Shown: positions 1 through 9,726 of the stretch, piece by piece | Layout of the letters: each line of letters starts with the position of its first letter | Numbering within the stretch: the stretch's first letter is position 1 | NCBI GenBank assembly: GCA_963785115.1 | Contig: CAWATY010000007.1 | Location: forward strand, 192,408 to 256,407 | Origin: an uncultured Actinomycetota bacterium | GTDB lineage: Bacteria > Actinomycetota > Actinomycetes > Propionibacteriales > Nocardioidaceae | Length of the DNA: 64,000 nt | Direction: 5' to 3' | Translations under genes and position numbers: made by a program | The notes under the pieces: model-generated | The model's database searches: none | Told to the model about the DNA's origin: nothing | The model's input: only the letters and a program-made list of their open reading frames with translations

Positions 1-285
1 CGGCCGAGCCCGTGCAGGGCGCCCACCACGCCGATGCCGGCCCGCGGGTTGGCGGCGAGCACCGCGGTGACGTCGGCCGGCCCGGTGTCGCGGCGAGCAG
101 CGCGCGGGTCGCGACCTCGGCGTCGGCGACCTCGGCGCGGCCCGGCGGCACCCACTCCGGCAGGGCATCGACCCCGGCCCGGCGAGCGCGTCGCGGTAGC
201 CGGCGAGGCGCTGCACGGTGGTGGGGAACCGCGAGTCCTCGCCGATGAAGGCGATCCGGCGGTGCCCGTGGGCGAGCAAGGGCCT
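1..285 (-). pseudogene. LacI-family regulator, C-terminal ligand-binding-domain fragment (no HTH, runs off window start, internal frame break)
   Basis: Minus-strand translation right after the pfkB stop reads RPLLAHGHRRIAFIGEDSRFPTTVQRLAGYRDALA. One frame over it continues AGVDALPEWVPPGRAEVADAEVATRALLAA...TAVLAANPRAGIGVVGALHGLG, the LacI/PurR binding-fold core. There is no room upstream for the ~165 N-terminal residues. Confidence 0.5.
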
Positions 286-1247
286 TCACGAGCCGCCCAC
301 CAGGGCCGCGACCCGATCGGCGTCGACCCGGCCGGCGACCGGATGCTCCACCGCCGCGCTCGCCACCGCGAGGCCGTGCCGGACCGCCCCCTCCCAGTCG
401 GTGGTGGCGTCGCCGCTCTCGAGCGCCGACAGCACCCCACCCACCAGTGCATCGCCCGCGCCGATCGGGTTGGCAGCGCGGACCTGCGGCGCAGACAGCC
501 AGCGCCCCCGGCCGGTCCCGTCGGCGTACGCCGCGCCGTGCTCGCCGGCCGTGACCAGGGCCCGGCGGGCGCCACGCTCCAGCAGCGTCGCCGCGGCGGC
601 CAGCGCGCGGTCGGGGACGGTCTCGTGGTCGGCCGGGTCGTGCGCGACCTGCTCGACCACCCGGCCGGTGGCCAGGCCCTCGGCCTCCTCGAGGTTGGGC
701 GTCACCAGGTCGGGGCCCGCGACCAGCGCGGCGGCCAGCGCCTCGCGGGCGGCGTCGACGACGACGGCGCTCCCGCGCTCCCGGCCGAGGTCGACCAGGC
801 GGGCGTACGCGTCGTCCGGCAGACCGGGCGGCAGGCTGCCGGAGCAGGCGAGCGCACGGTGCCGTCCGGAGGCGAGCTCGCCATCAGCTGCCTCGATCAG
901 CCGGTCACGGTCAGCGGCGGTTCGTTCGGCACCCGGTTCGTTGAGGACGGTCGCACGCCCGCTGTCCTCGAGCACGATCGTGGCGCTGCGGAGCTCGCCG
1001 GGCACGTCGACGGCCACCAGCGTGAGCCCCTCGGCCACGGTCAAGCCGCCGAAGCGCCGGCGCCGGCGGCCGGCAGCAGCCCGAGCAGCGTGCCCGGCGT
1101 CCCCAGGTCGCGCAGCGCGCGTACGACGTTGACGCCCTTGCCCCCCGCGCTGACCAGGACACGCCGCGGCCGCGACACGGTGCCGAGCGTCAAGGCGTCG
1201 ACCCAAAGCGTTCGGTCGAAGCAGAGGTTCGCTGTCACCACGAGCAC
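286..1247 (-). pseudogene. pfkB: PfkB-family carbohydrate kinase (1-phosphofructokinase/tagatose-6-P kinase type), apparent single frameshift near 1041-1046
   Basis: The N-terminus VLVVTANLCFDRTLWVDALTLGTVSRPRRVLVSAGGKGVNVVRALRDLGTPGTLLGLLPAAGAGASAA* lies in one frame, with a GTG at 1247 nine nt after GGAGGA. The remainder LTVAEGLTLVAVDVPGELRSATIVLED...NPIGAGDALVGGVLSAL... lies in the frame of ORF 286..1647. Confidence 0.7.
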
Positions 1248-1321
1248 GAGCGGTTGTCCTCCAGGGCGGGCGTTGGCTGGCAGCCATACTGCAGGCCGGA
1301 CGACGCGGCTGCCCAGACGGG

Positions 1322-2509
1322 TCAGCGCAGGGCAGGCTGCAGCAGCCGGAGGGTGCCGGCGTCGGCGTCGAGCCGGGCGCGGACGCCGAGCGGCACCGGT
1401 CGGTTGGCAGGCACGTGACCGACCGGGGCGCCGGTGACCACCGGCACGCCGAGACCGCCGAGCCGGTCGGCGAGCACCGGACCGACGTCGGTGTCCCCGG
1501 TCTCGGTGAACGCACCGGCCAGCACGCCGCGGACGCCGTCGAACCACCCCGCGCGCAGCAGCTGGGTGAGCATCCCGTCGACCTTGTACGCCTGCTCGCC
1601 GACGTCCTCCAGCACGACCAGCCCGCCGCGCGCCGGTCGCGAGACACGGGTGCCGAGGCTCGCGGTGATCACCCGCAGGTTGCCACCGACCAGCACGCCG
1701 TCGGCCGTCCCGCCGGTGACCGTGGTGAGCCCGGCCGCGAGGTCGAGCGCGGTCTCCGGCTCGAACAGCATCCGGCGTACGGCCTCGCGGGTGTCCGGAT
1801 CGGCGTCGGCGAGTGAGGTGACGACCGGGCCGTGCAGGCTGGCCAGACCGAGTCGTTGGGCGACCCCCTCGTGCAGCGCCGTGACGTCGGAGAAGCCGAC
1901 CAGCAGCCGAGGACCCGCCGCGGCCATCGCCGCCCAGTCCAGCAGGTCGACCAGCCGGTGGCAGCCGTAGCCACCGCGCGCGGCCCAGACCGCGGCGACG
2001 TCTGACGACCAGCCGGCGACGAGGTCGGCCGCCCGCTCGGCGTCGGTGCCGGCCAGGTGGTCGAGGCCGGGGTGTTGGCCGAAGACGTGCGGGCCCGGCC
2101 GCACCCGCAGCCCCCACGACTCCAGCACGGCGGTGCCTGCCGCGAGCCGCTCGGCGCGTACCGGCCCCGCCGGCGTCACCACCGCAACGGCGTCACCGGC
2201 CACCAGCCGGCGGGGCCGCAGCAGCGCGGAACCCGCACGGCGACGCCCCGGCGCGTCACCCGGGCGGCGCCGGAGCCCGGCCTCGGTGAGGGCGGTGACA
2301 ACGTCCCGGCTGCCTACCGGGCGGGCGCCGGCCGCGACCAGGTCGTCGTAGCGCTCCTGCGGGACGTCGTAGTGGTCACGGTCGAATCCGCGCGCCGGGA
2401 TGCCGAGCCGGCGGGCGAACGCGTGCAGCTCCTCGTACGACGTGTCGCTGACCAGGTGCGACCACAGCCGCCCGTGCGCCGGCCAGCGCGGCGGGTCGAT
2501 CAGGATCAC
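1322..2509 (-). CDS. DUF4031 domain fused in frame to an LD-carboxypeptidase (peptidase S66, LdcA-like)
   Basis: A GTG at 2509 overlaps the cutC stop (GTGA). The N-terminus VILIDPPRWPAHGRLWSHLVSDTSYEELHAFARRLGIPARGFDRDHYDVP is DUF4031-like. After a linker comes GDAVAVVTPAGPV...GGYGCHRLVDLLDW...LLVGFSDVTALH...GHV, which is LdcA-like. No stop separates the two parts. Confidence 0.7.
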   Translation of the reverse strand: MILIDPPRWPAHGRLWSHLVSDTSYEELHAFARRLGIPARGFDRDHYDVPQERYDDLVAAGARPVGSRDVVTALTEAGLRRRPGDAPGRRRAGSALLRPRRLVAGDAVAVVTPAGPVRAERLAAGTAVLESWGLRVRPGPHVFGQHPGLDHLAGTDAERAADLVAGWSSDVAAVWAARGGYGCHRLVDLLDWAAMAAAGPRLLVGFSDVTALHEGVAQRLGLASLHGPVVTSLADADPDTREAVRRMLFEPETALDLAAGLTTVTGGTADGVLVGGNLRVITASLGTRVSRPARGGLVVLEDVGEQAYKVDGMLTQLLRAGWFDGVRGVLAGAFTETGDTDVGPVLADRLGGLGVPVVTGAPVGHVPANRPVPLGVRARLDADAGTLRLLQPALR

Positions 2510-3243
2510 GCGGTGTCCTGGCCCCCGGTGTCCTGGCCCCCGGCCCGGTCGACGGCGTCGTCGAGCAGCAGTCGCCAGGAGCGGACCAGCTTGGAGTCGG
2601 TGTAGGCCTTGGCCCACGAACCGCCGCCGGGGCGCACCGCGGTGCCGACATGGACGCGCCGCACGCCGGCCCGGACCAGCCACGGCACGTGCTCGGGCTG
2701 CAGCCCGCCCGTCGCGATCGCCAGCCCCGCGATGGTCGCGTCGGCCTCGGCCGCCTCGATCAGGGCCTGGTGCCCCTGCTCGGCCCCCAGGGCCGAGCCC
2801 GCGGTCAGCACGCCGTCGACCCACGGCAGCGCCTGCACCCTCCGCCAGGAGCGGCGCGGGTCGAGCGTCTTGTCGAAGACCCGGGTGAACGTCCAGGGGA
2901 TGCGCAGCCGGTCGGCCAGCTCGGCGCAGACCGCGGAGTCGATCTCGAGGTCGGTGTCGAGGAAGCCGAACGCGACGCCCTCGGCGCCGGCGGCCAGGTA
3001 GTCCGTCGCCAGGCCGGTCAGTCGGTCCAGCTCACCGCCGGTCGTGCTGTCACCGTCGTCGAGGCGCAGCACCGCCCGCAGCGGCAGGTCGGTGACCCGG
3101 CGCACCGACGACAACACGACGGGCTCGACCGAGCGCAGGCCACGGTGTTCGGCCGCGCCGACCAGCAGCCGGTGGGCGCCGCCCTCCTGGGCGGCCTCGG
3201 CGTCGGCCGGGTGCGCCACGCGTACCTCGAGCAGCGGGTCCAT
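2506..3243 (-). CDS. cutC: CutC-family copper homeostasis protein
   Basis: MDPLLEVRVAHPADAEAAQEGGAHRLLV...GVAFGFLD...RVFD...VLTAG...GGL matches the CutC TIM-barrel pattern. I chose the ATG at 3243. Confidence 0.75.
   Translation of the reverse strand: MDPLLEVRVAHPADAEAAQEGGAHRLLVGAAEHRGLRSVEPVVLSSVRRVTDLPLRAVLRLDDGDSTTGGELDRLTGLATDYLAAGAEGVAFGFLDTDLEIDSAVCAELADRLRIPWTFTRVFDKTLDPRRSWRRVQALPWVDGVLTAGSALGAEQGHQALIEAAEADATIAGLAIATGGLQPEHVPWLVRAGVRRVHVGTAVRPGGGSWAKAYTDSKLVRSWRLLLDDAVDRAGGQDTGGQDTA
2511..2540. repeat. 15-nt tandem duplication (cggtgtcctggcccc x2) giving GGQDTGGQDT at the CutC C-terminus
   Basis: Direct reading of the sequence. It lies immediately upstream of the downstream GTG start. 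Confidence 0.9.
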
Positions 3244-3281
3244 GACGTCGTCATCATCGCGCACGGTGGGAGAATCGGGGG

Positions 3282-3626
3282 GTGACGCCACGCGACTGCC
3301 TGCTCGAGGCCCGCGCGCTCGTCCTGCACGACCTGCAGGCCCGCGGGCTGGCCGACGCGGGCTCGGTGTCGATCCTCGAGGACGCGGTCGCGGGCCGCGG
3401 CTGGTGGCTCGAGCAGTGGCTCGACGGGCACCCTTTCGTGGCCGGGTTGGTGGCCCAGGACGTGCAGGACGCCCTGCACGACCGCACCGAGCGGTGGCCG
3501 CGCTGCACCGCCTGCGACCTCACCGCCGAGCACGCCCTACACATCGAGCCCGACCTCGGCGAGGACCCGCACTGGGTCTGCGGCGAGTCCGGGATCGTCG
3601 TCTCCGCCCTCGGCTCCCTGTCCTGA
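3282..3626 (+). CDS. hypothetical protein
   Basis: 114-aa ORF with a GTG start after a GGGAGAA-like SD. Composition is balanced (W, F, H, C, D/E), unlike the Arg/Pro-rich shadow frames. It is divergent from cutC. Confidence 0.5.
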   Translation: MTPRDCLLEARALVLHDLQARGLADAGSVSILEDAVAGRGWWLEQWLDGHPFVAGLVAQDVQDALHDRTERWPRCTACDLTAEHALHIEPDLGEDPHWVCGESGIVVSALGSLS

Positions 3627-3639
3627 CGCGGCTGCCGCC

Positions 3640-3671
3640 GCGGGTTTCGCAAGTCGGCTTGCGAAACCCGC
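3640..3671. terminator. perfect 14-bp stem / tcgg-loop hairpin between convergent genes
   Basis: gcgggtttcgcaag-tcgg-cttgcgaaacccgc. A second GC hairpin follows. Confidence 0.6.
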
Positions 3672-3736
3672 ACTCGCCCCGCGTTATGACACGGGGCAGG
3701 TGCGGGCTTCACGGGGCGAGTGGTGACGCGAAGCGG

Positions 3737-4492
3737 TCAGCGGCGGCGGATCAGCCGGACCAGGACGACCAGCACCACCAGGACGCCGAGGGCGGGGGCG
3801 GCGTAGCGGCGGGCGAGCACCGGCGCGATCGTGCGGAACAGGTCCAGCCCCTCGTCGTCGGCGGGCGGGGGCGACGACGTCCGCGTCGGTGCGGGCCGCG
3901 CCGACTCAGCCCCCGGTGCCGCGGCGGGCGCCGTCTCCGCCGGTGACTCCGGCGCGGGGGCGGTCGACTCCATCCCCGCCGAGGAGCTCGACGGGGCCTC
4001 GGCCGCGGCTACCGCAGCGCTGTCCTCCGCCGAACCGGCGGACTCGCCGGGGCCTCCCAGCGTGTCCGCCAGGCAGGCGGTGAACCGGCCCAGCAGCTTG
4101 TCGCTCACGTCCTGGATGACCCCGCGGCCGAACTGCGCCGGCTTGCCGGTGATCGCCAGGTCGGTGGTGACCTCCACCGCCGTCTCGTCGCCCTCGGCAC
4201 TGAGCACCGCGGTGACCGTCGCCGCCGCGGTGCCGTTGCCGCGCTTGTCCTTGCCCTTGGCCTCGAACCTGGCCCGGTGGCCGGCCTCGTCCCGCTCGAG
4301 GAACGTCCCGGTCCCGGAGTACTGCATCGAGATCGGGCCCAGCTTGACCTTCACCGTCCCGGCGAACTCGTCACCCTCGACCGACGTCAGCGAGGCGCCG
4401 GGGAAGCACGGCGCGACCTGCTCGAGGTCGTTGAAGGCGGCCCAGGTCACGTCGACCGGGGCCGGCACGGTGAAGCGGTGGTGCAGTTCCAC
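3737..4492 (-). CDS. coxG: CoxG-family SRPBCC protein with Pro/Ala-rich linker and C-terminal membrane anchor
   Basis: MELHHRFTVPAPVDVTWAAFNDLEQVAPCFPGASLTSVEGDEFAGTVKVKLGPISMQYSGTG...ITGKPAQFGRGVIQDVSDKLL is CoxG-like. The tail LGVLVVLVVLVRLIRRR is hydrophobic. Confidence 0.85.
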   Translation of the reverse strand: MELHHRFTVPAPVDVTWAAFNDLEQVAPCFPGASLTSVEGDEFAGTVKVKLGPISMQYSGTGTFLERDEAGHRARFEAKGKDKRGNGTAAATVTAVLSAEGDETAVEVTTDLAITGKPAQFGRGVIQDVSDKLLGRFTACLADTLGGPGESAGSAEDSAAVAAAEAPSSSSAGMESTAPAPESPAETAPAAAPGAESARPAPTRTSSPPPADDEGLDLFRTIAPVLARRYAAPALGVLVVLVVLVRLIRRR

Positions 4493-4523
4493 GACGTCCT
4501 CCGGGTACGCGACCGACGGCTGG

Positions 4524-5378
4524 TCAGGCGCCGGCGGCCGCCAGCACCGCGCGTCCGGCGAGCACCGTGGCCAGGTGCCGACGGTAGTCGGCGTCGCCGT
4601 TGATGTCGCTCGGCGGGTTGGTGCCCTCGGCCACGGCGGCCACGGCGGCGCGTACGGAGTCGGCGTTCGCCGGCGTGCCCGCGAGCGCCTGCTCGACCGC
4701 CGTCGCCCGCACCGGACCGGAGCCCATGTTGGTCAGCCCCACCCGGGCCTCGGCGATCGTGCCGTTCTCGACCCGGACCGTGGCCGCGACCGCCACGATC
4801 GACCACTGCTGGGCGACCCGGGTGAACTTCTCGTAGTGCCCGCCCCAGCCGGTGTGCTTCGGGACGCGTACCTCCACCAGGATCTCGTCGTCACCGAGCG
4901 CGGTGGTGAACAGGTCCTCGAAGAAGTCGGCGGCGGCGATCGTGCGCTGCCCGTTCGGGCCGGCGGCCACCATCTCCGCACCGAGCGACAGCACCACCGC
5001 TGGCATGTCACCGGCCGGGTCGGCGTGCGCCAGCGAGCCGCCGAAGGTGCCCAGGTGCCGCACCTGCGGGTCGGCCACCGTCGCCGTGGCCTCGGAGATC
5101 ACCCGGGCGTGCTCCTGCACCAGCGACGACTCGATCACCTCGTGGTGCTTGGTCATCGCACCGATCACCAGCGCGTCACCGTCCTCGCGGACGCCGCGCA
5201 GCGCCTCGATCTTGCCGAGGTCGACGATGACCTCCGGCGCGGCCAACCGCATCCGCAGCACGGGCATCAGGCTCTGGCCGCCGGCCAGCACCTTGACGTC
5301 GTCACCGGCCTCGCCGAGCAGCCGCACGGCGTCCTCGACGCTGGTCGGGGCGTGGTAGTCGAACGCGGCCGGAATCAT
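4524..5378 (-). CDS. coxM: FAD-binding medium subunit of a xanthine dehydrogenase/CO dehydrogenase-family molybdoenzyme
   Basis: MIPAAFDYHAPTSVEDAVRLL...VLAGGQSLMPVLRMRLAAPEVIVDL...HLGTFGGSLAHADPAGD. Its start overlaps the coxL stop. Confidence 0.9.
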   Translation of the reverse strand: MIPAAFDYHAPTSVEDAVRLLGEAGDDVKVLAGGQSLMPVLRMRLAAPEVIVDLGKIEALRGVREDGDALVIGAMTKHHEVIESSLVQEHARVISEATATVADPQVRHLGTFGGSLAHADPAGDMPAVVLSLGAEMVAAGPNGQRTIAAADFFEDLFTTALGDDEILVEVRVPKHTGWGGHYEKFTRVAQQWSIVAVAATVRVENGTIAEARVGLTNMGSGPVRATAVEQALAGTPANADSVRAAVAAVAEGTNPPSDINGDADYRRHLATVLAGRAVLAAAGA

Positions 5379-7860
5379 GAGCGGCCTCCCTCGGTCGCGT
5401 CCCCGGTGGGCGGTCGTCCGCTGCTGCCGCTGCCCTCGGCGAACTCTGGAGCGATGTGCTGGCCGACGTCGGCCTCACCGATCGACCGGCCCTGGATCGC
5501 CTGCCACACCCGGTGCGGCGAGCACGGCATCGGGACGTCGTCGACGCCCAACGGCCGCAGCGCGTCGACCACCGCGTTGACCACGGCCGGCGTCGAGGCG
5601 ATCGTGCCGGCTTCACCCACCCCCTTGACCCCGAGCTCATTGGTCGTGGAGGGCGTCTCGGTGAGGTCGGTGTTGAAGTGCGGTAGGTCGGCCGCGCTGG
5701 GCACCAGGTAGTCGACGAACGACCCGGTCACCAGCGTCCCCCGCTCGTCGTAGACGGCCTCCTCGAACAGCGCCTGCGCGACTCCCTGGACGAGGCCGCC
5801 GTGGACCTGGCCCTCGACGATGAGCGGGTTGACGACGACGCCGATGTCGTCCACACAGGTGTAGTTGCGGATCGTGACCTCACCGGTCTCGGTGTCCACC
5901 TCGGTGGCGCACAGGTGCGTGCCGTGCGGGAACGAGAAGGTGTCGGGGTCGAAGGTCGCGTCGGCGTCGAGCGAGCGCTCGACACCATCGGGCAGGTTGT
6001 GGCCCTGGAAGACCGCGAACGCCACGTCGCCGAGGCCAGTGGACGTCTCGGTCCCCGGACGCCGAAGCTTCCGTTCGCTGAACTCGAGGTCGTCGGCGCT
6101 CGCCTCGAGCAGGTGCGCGGCGATGACGCGGGCCTTCTCGATCACCTTGTCCGCGGCCGCCAGAACCGCCATGCCGCCGACCGCGAGGGACCGCGACCCG
6201 TAGGTGTCCAGGCCACGGGCGCGACACCTGGGTGTCCCCGTGCAGCACCTCGACGTCGTCGAAGGGCACGCCCAGCTTGTCAGCGACGATCTGCGACCAC
6301 ACCGTCTCGTGGCCCTGTCCGTGCGGGCTGGTCCCGGCCAGCACCTCGACCTTGCCGGTCGGCAGCACCCGCACGGTCGCGGCCTCCCAGCCGCCACCGA
6401 CGTACCCCATCGAGCCAAGCCAGCGCGACGGCGCCAGGCCGCACATCTCGGTGAACGTCGAGATCCCGATGCCGAGCTGGACGGGGTCGCCGCTCTCGCG
6501 GCGCTGCTTCTGCTCGGCGCGCAGGGCGTCGTACCCGAACAGCTCCTTCGCCTTGGCGGTCGCCGCCTCGTAGTTGCCGGTGTCGTAGTGGAGTCCGGCC
6601 ACCGTCGTGAACGGGAACTCCTCGTGCTTGATCCAGTTCTTCTCCCGCAGCTCGAGCGGGTCCATGCCCAGCTCGTTGGCCAGCTCGTCCATCAGCCGTT
6701 CGATCGCGAACGTCGCCTCCGGCCGCCCGGCACCGCGGTACGCGTCCGTCCACGCCTTGTTGGTGAAGACGTTGGTGCACGTCCAGCGGTAGGCCGGGAA
6801 CTTGTAGATGCCGTTGAACATCAGCGCTCCCAGGAACGGGATGGCCGATGTCACGAGTCCGAGGTAGGCGCCCATGTCTGCCAGCAGGTCCACCTTGAGA
6901 CCCGTCACCGTGCCGTCCCGGTTGGCGGCGAGGGTCAGTCGCTGCCACTGGTCGCGCCCGTGGTGCGCGACCATGAGTGACTCGCTGCGGGTCTCGGTGT
7001 ACTTGCACGGCTTGCCAGTCCGCCGCGCGGCGATGACGGTCAGCACCTCTTCGGGGGTGAACTGCAGCTTCCCGCCGAATCCTCCCCCGACATCGGGCGC
7101 GATGACGCGCACCTTGCTCTCGGAGATCCCCAGCACCAAGCTGATGAAGATCTTGACGAAGTGCGGCACCTGGGTGGACGTCCAGACGGTCAGTTGCTCA
7201 CCGGTGGGGTCGACCGCGATGGACCGGGGCTCCATGAAGGCGGGGATCAGCCGCTGCTGGCGGTACTCGCGTTCGATCACGACCCCGTCTTCGCGTGCCC
7301 TGCTGATCGCCTCGTCGACGTCGCCGCCCGTGCCCTCGGCCGCGGAGTCGAACGTCCGTACCGCTGAGACGTTCGTCCCCAGGTCGGGGTGGGCCAACGT
7401 CTCGTCGGCGGCAGCGGCCTTGAGGTCGAGGGCGACCGGAAGCTCCTCGTAGTCGACCTCGACCAGCTCGACGGCGTCGCGTGCCTCGGACGGCGACCGC
7501 GCGACGATCACCGCGACGATCTCGCCTGCGAACGCGACCCGGTCCACCGCGACGGACGGGTGGGAGGGCGCCTTCTGCTCGGGCACGATGGCCCAGGCGT
7601 TCGGCAGCTCGCCCTGCTCGTCGGCGAGGTCCGCGCCGGTCAGCACGCTGACAACCCCCGGCGCGGCCGTTGCCGCCTCGACGTCGAGGGAGGTGATCCT
7701 CGCGTGCGCCATCGGGCTGCGCACCATCGCGAGGTGCAGCATCCCGGGCAGCTTGATGTTGTCGGTCCACCGGGTGCGTCCGGTGAGCAGCCGGCTGTCC
7801 TCCTTGCGCTTGCGCGGACTGGCCGACCTCGGTGGTGGGGCGGTCGTCGACGGCGGTCAT
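5375..7860 (-). pseudogene. coxL: molybdopterin-binding large subunit, form-II CoxL-like (AYRGAGR), with two apparent frameshifts (~7815 and ~6213-6227)
   Basis: The ATG at 7860 (ATGA overlap with coxS) gives [15 protein letters not shown]. The frame then shifts to RKRKEDSRLLTGRTRWTDNIKLPGMLHLAMVRS...TDAYRGAGRPEATF...VEVLHGDTQV. A second shift gives RGLDTYGSRSLAVGG...GVKGVGEAGTIASTPAVVNAVVDAL. Confidence 0.85.
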
Positions 7861-8336
7861 CGCGCGCCTCCCTTGCTGGTGGCGGACGCGGCGGCCTGCA
7901 CGGCCTTGACGATGTTCTGGTAGCCGGTACAGCGGCAGAGGTTGCCCTCGAGCCCGTCGCGGACCTCCTCGTCGCTCGGTGACGGGTTGTCCTGGACGAG
8001 GTCGATGGCCTGCATGATCATCCCCGGCGTGCAGTAGCCGCACTGCAGCGCGTGGTTCTCGTGGAACGCCTGCTGCATCGGGTGCAGCTCACCGTCGGTG
8101 GCCAAGCCCTCGATCGTCGTCACCTCGTGGCCGTCGGCCTGAACCGCGAAGACCGAGCACGACTTCACGCTGCGACCGTCGAGGTGCACGGTGCACGCCC
8201 CGCAGTTGCTGGTGTCACAGCCGATGACGGTGCCCACCTTGCCGAGCTGCTCGCGCAGGTACTGCACCAGCAGCGTGCGCGGCTCCACCTCATCTGTGTA
8301 CGAGACCCCGTCCACCCTGACGCTGATCCGGGTCAT
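7857..8336 (-). CDS. coxS: (2Fe-2S)-binding small subunit of the molybdoenzyme
   Basis: [54 protein letters not shown]...[12 protein letters not shown]...[12 protein letters not shown]. Confidence 0.92.
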   Translation of the reverse strand: MTRISVRVDGVSYTDEVEPRTLLVQYLREQLGKVGTVIGCDTSNCGACTVHLDGRSVKSCSVFAVQADGHEVTTIEGLATDGELHPMQQAFHENHALQCGYCTPGMIMQAIDLVQDNPSPSDEEVRDGLEGNLCRCTGYQNIVKAVQAAASATSKGGAR

Positions 8337-8526
8337 TCCCACGCCCACCCTCCGCTGTCGCCGAGGACTGGAGGCGCACCCGCGGCGGCGACGACCCCGG
8401 GCGTGCAGGGTCATCCCACTCCGGCGTGACCTCCGGCACAAGCCGAGTCCCAGATGAGCGTCACCAGGCGGAATGTGGACCGCAGCCGCGGTCCAGGCTG
8501 GGCGCATTCGCGACCGCAGACGAGGA

Positions 8527-9726
8527 TTAGGTAAGGCTTGCCTCGTCCGGTTCGGACGCCTCGCCTGCCGGTTCGGGGTCGCGATCATGGCTGGCCAGGC
8601 CGGCGTGGATGCGTCCGTCCAGCTCGCCGAGCGGCCGGCCGCCGCCACCCCAGCGCAGCGCGATCACCTCGGCGGCGATCGACACCGCGGTCTCCTCCGG
8701 CGTCCGGGCGCCGAGGTCGAGCCCGATCGGGCTGGACAGCCGGGCCAGCTCGTCGTCGGTCAGCCCCGCCTCGCGCAGCCGCTCGAGCCGGTCGTCGTGG
8801 GTGCGCCGGGAGCCCATCGCGCCGATGTAGGCGACCGCCGGCATCCGCAGCGCCACCTCGAGCAGCGGCACGTCGAACTTGGGGTCGTGGGTCAGCACGG
8901 CGACCACGGTGCGGCTGTCGAGGGCACCGGCCTCGGCCTGGCGGCGCAGGTAGCGGTGCGGCCACTCGACCACGACCTCGTCGGCGTCGGGGAAGCGCGC
9001 CGGGGTGGCGAACACCGGGCGCGCGTCGCACACCGTCACCTGGTAGCCGAGGAACGAGCCCACCCGCGCGACCGCGGCCGCGAAGTCGATGGCGCCGAAG
9101 ACCAGCATCCGCGGCTTCGGCGCGTACGAGGCGCAGAAGACCCGCATGCCTTCGCCGCGGCGTTGACCGTCGGGCCCGTACGTGAGCAGCGTGCTACGGC
9201 CCTGGGCCAGCAGCCCCCGCACGTCGTCGGTCACCGCGTCGTCGGCCCGCTGGCTGCCGAGACCGCCGCGTACCGGGACGTCGGCGTCCTCGGGGTGCAC
9301 GACCAGTCGCCGGCCCACCCAGTCGGCATCGGGGTGCGCCACCACCGTGACCACAGCCACGGGGCGGCCGGCCGCCACGTCGGCGGCCACGTCGGCGAGC
9401 TCGGGGAAGGTCTCGCGGGAGACCTTCTCGACGAACACGTCGAGCACACCACCGCAGGTGAGACCGACCGCGAACGCGTCGCCGTCGCTCACCCCGTACC
9501 GCTTGAGCACCGGCGTGCCGTCGCCGACGACCTCCTGCGCGAGCTCGTAGACCGCACCCTCGACGCAGCCGCCCGACACCGAGCCCACGGCGGTGCCCTC
9601 GGGGCCGACCAGCATCGAGGCACCCGCGGGCCGCGGGGCCGAGCGCCAGGTGGCGACGACGGTGCCGACGCCGACGGTCTCGCCGGCCTCCCACCACTCC
9701 AGCAGCTCCTCGAGCACGTCACGCAC
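8527..9726 (-). CDS. xdhC: XdhC/CoxI-family molybdoenzyme maturation protein
   Basis: The GTG at 9726 gives [59 protein letters not shown]...[16 protein letters not shown]...[11 protein letters not shown]. Confidence 0.88.
   Translation of the reverse strand: MRDVLEELLEWWEAGETVGVGTVVATWRSAPRPAGASMLVGPEGTAVGSVSGGCVEGAVYELAQEVVGDGTPVLKRYGVSDGDAFAVGLTCGGVLDVFVEKVSRETFPELADVAADVAAGRPVAVVTVVAHPDADWVGRRLVVHPEDADVPVRGGLGSQRADDAVTDDVRGLLAQGRSTLLTYGPDGQRRGEGMRVFCASYAPKPRMLVFGAIDFAAAVARVGSFLGYQVTVCDARPVFATPARFPDADEVVVEWPHRYLRRQAEAGALDSRTVVAVLTHDPKFDVPLLEVALRMPAVAYIGAMGSRRTHDDRLERLREAGLTDDELARLSSPIGLDLGARTPEETAVSIAAEVIALRWGGGGRPLGELDGRIHAGLASHDRDPEPAGEASEPDEASLT

Noticed and set aside
8337-8526. GC hairpins (GACGAGG...CCTCGTC near 8520-8550; GGACCGC-agcc-GCGGTCC at 8477-8496) between xdhC and coxS as a specific regulatory RNA
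   Set aside because: Such GC stems are frequent in this genome, and I have no comparative support. It is plausibly just an internal terminator/promoter region.
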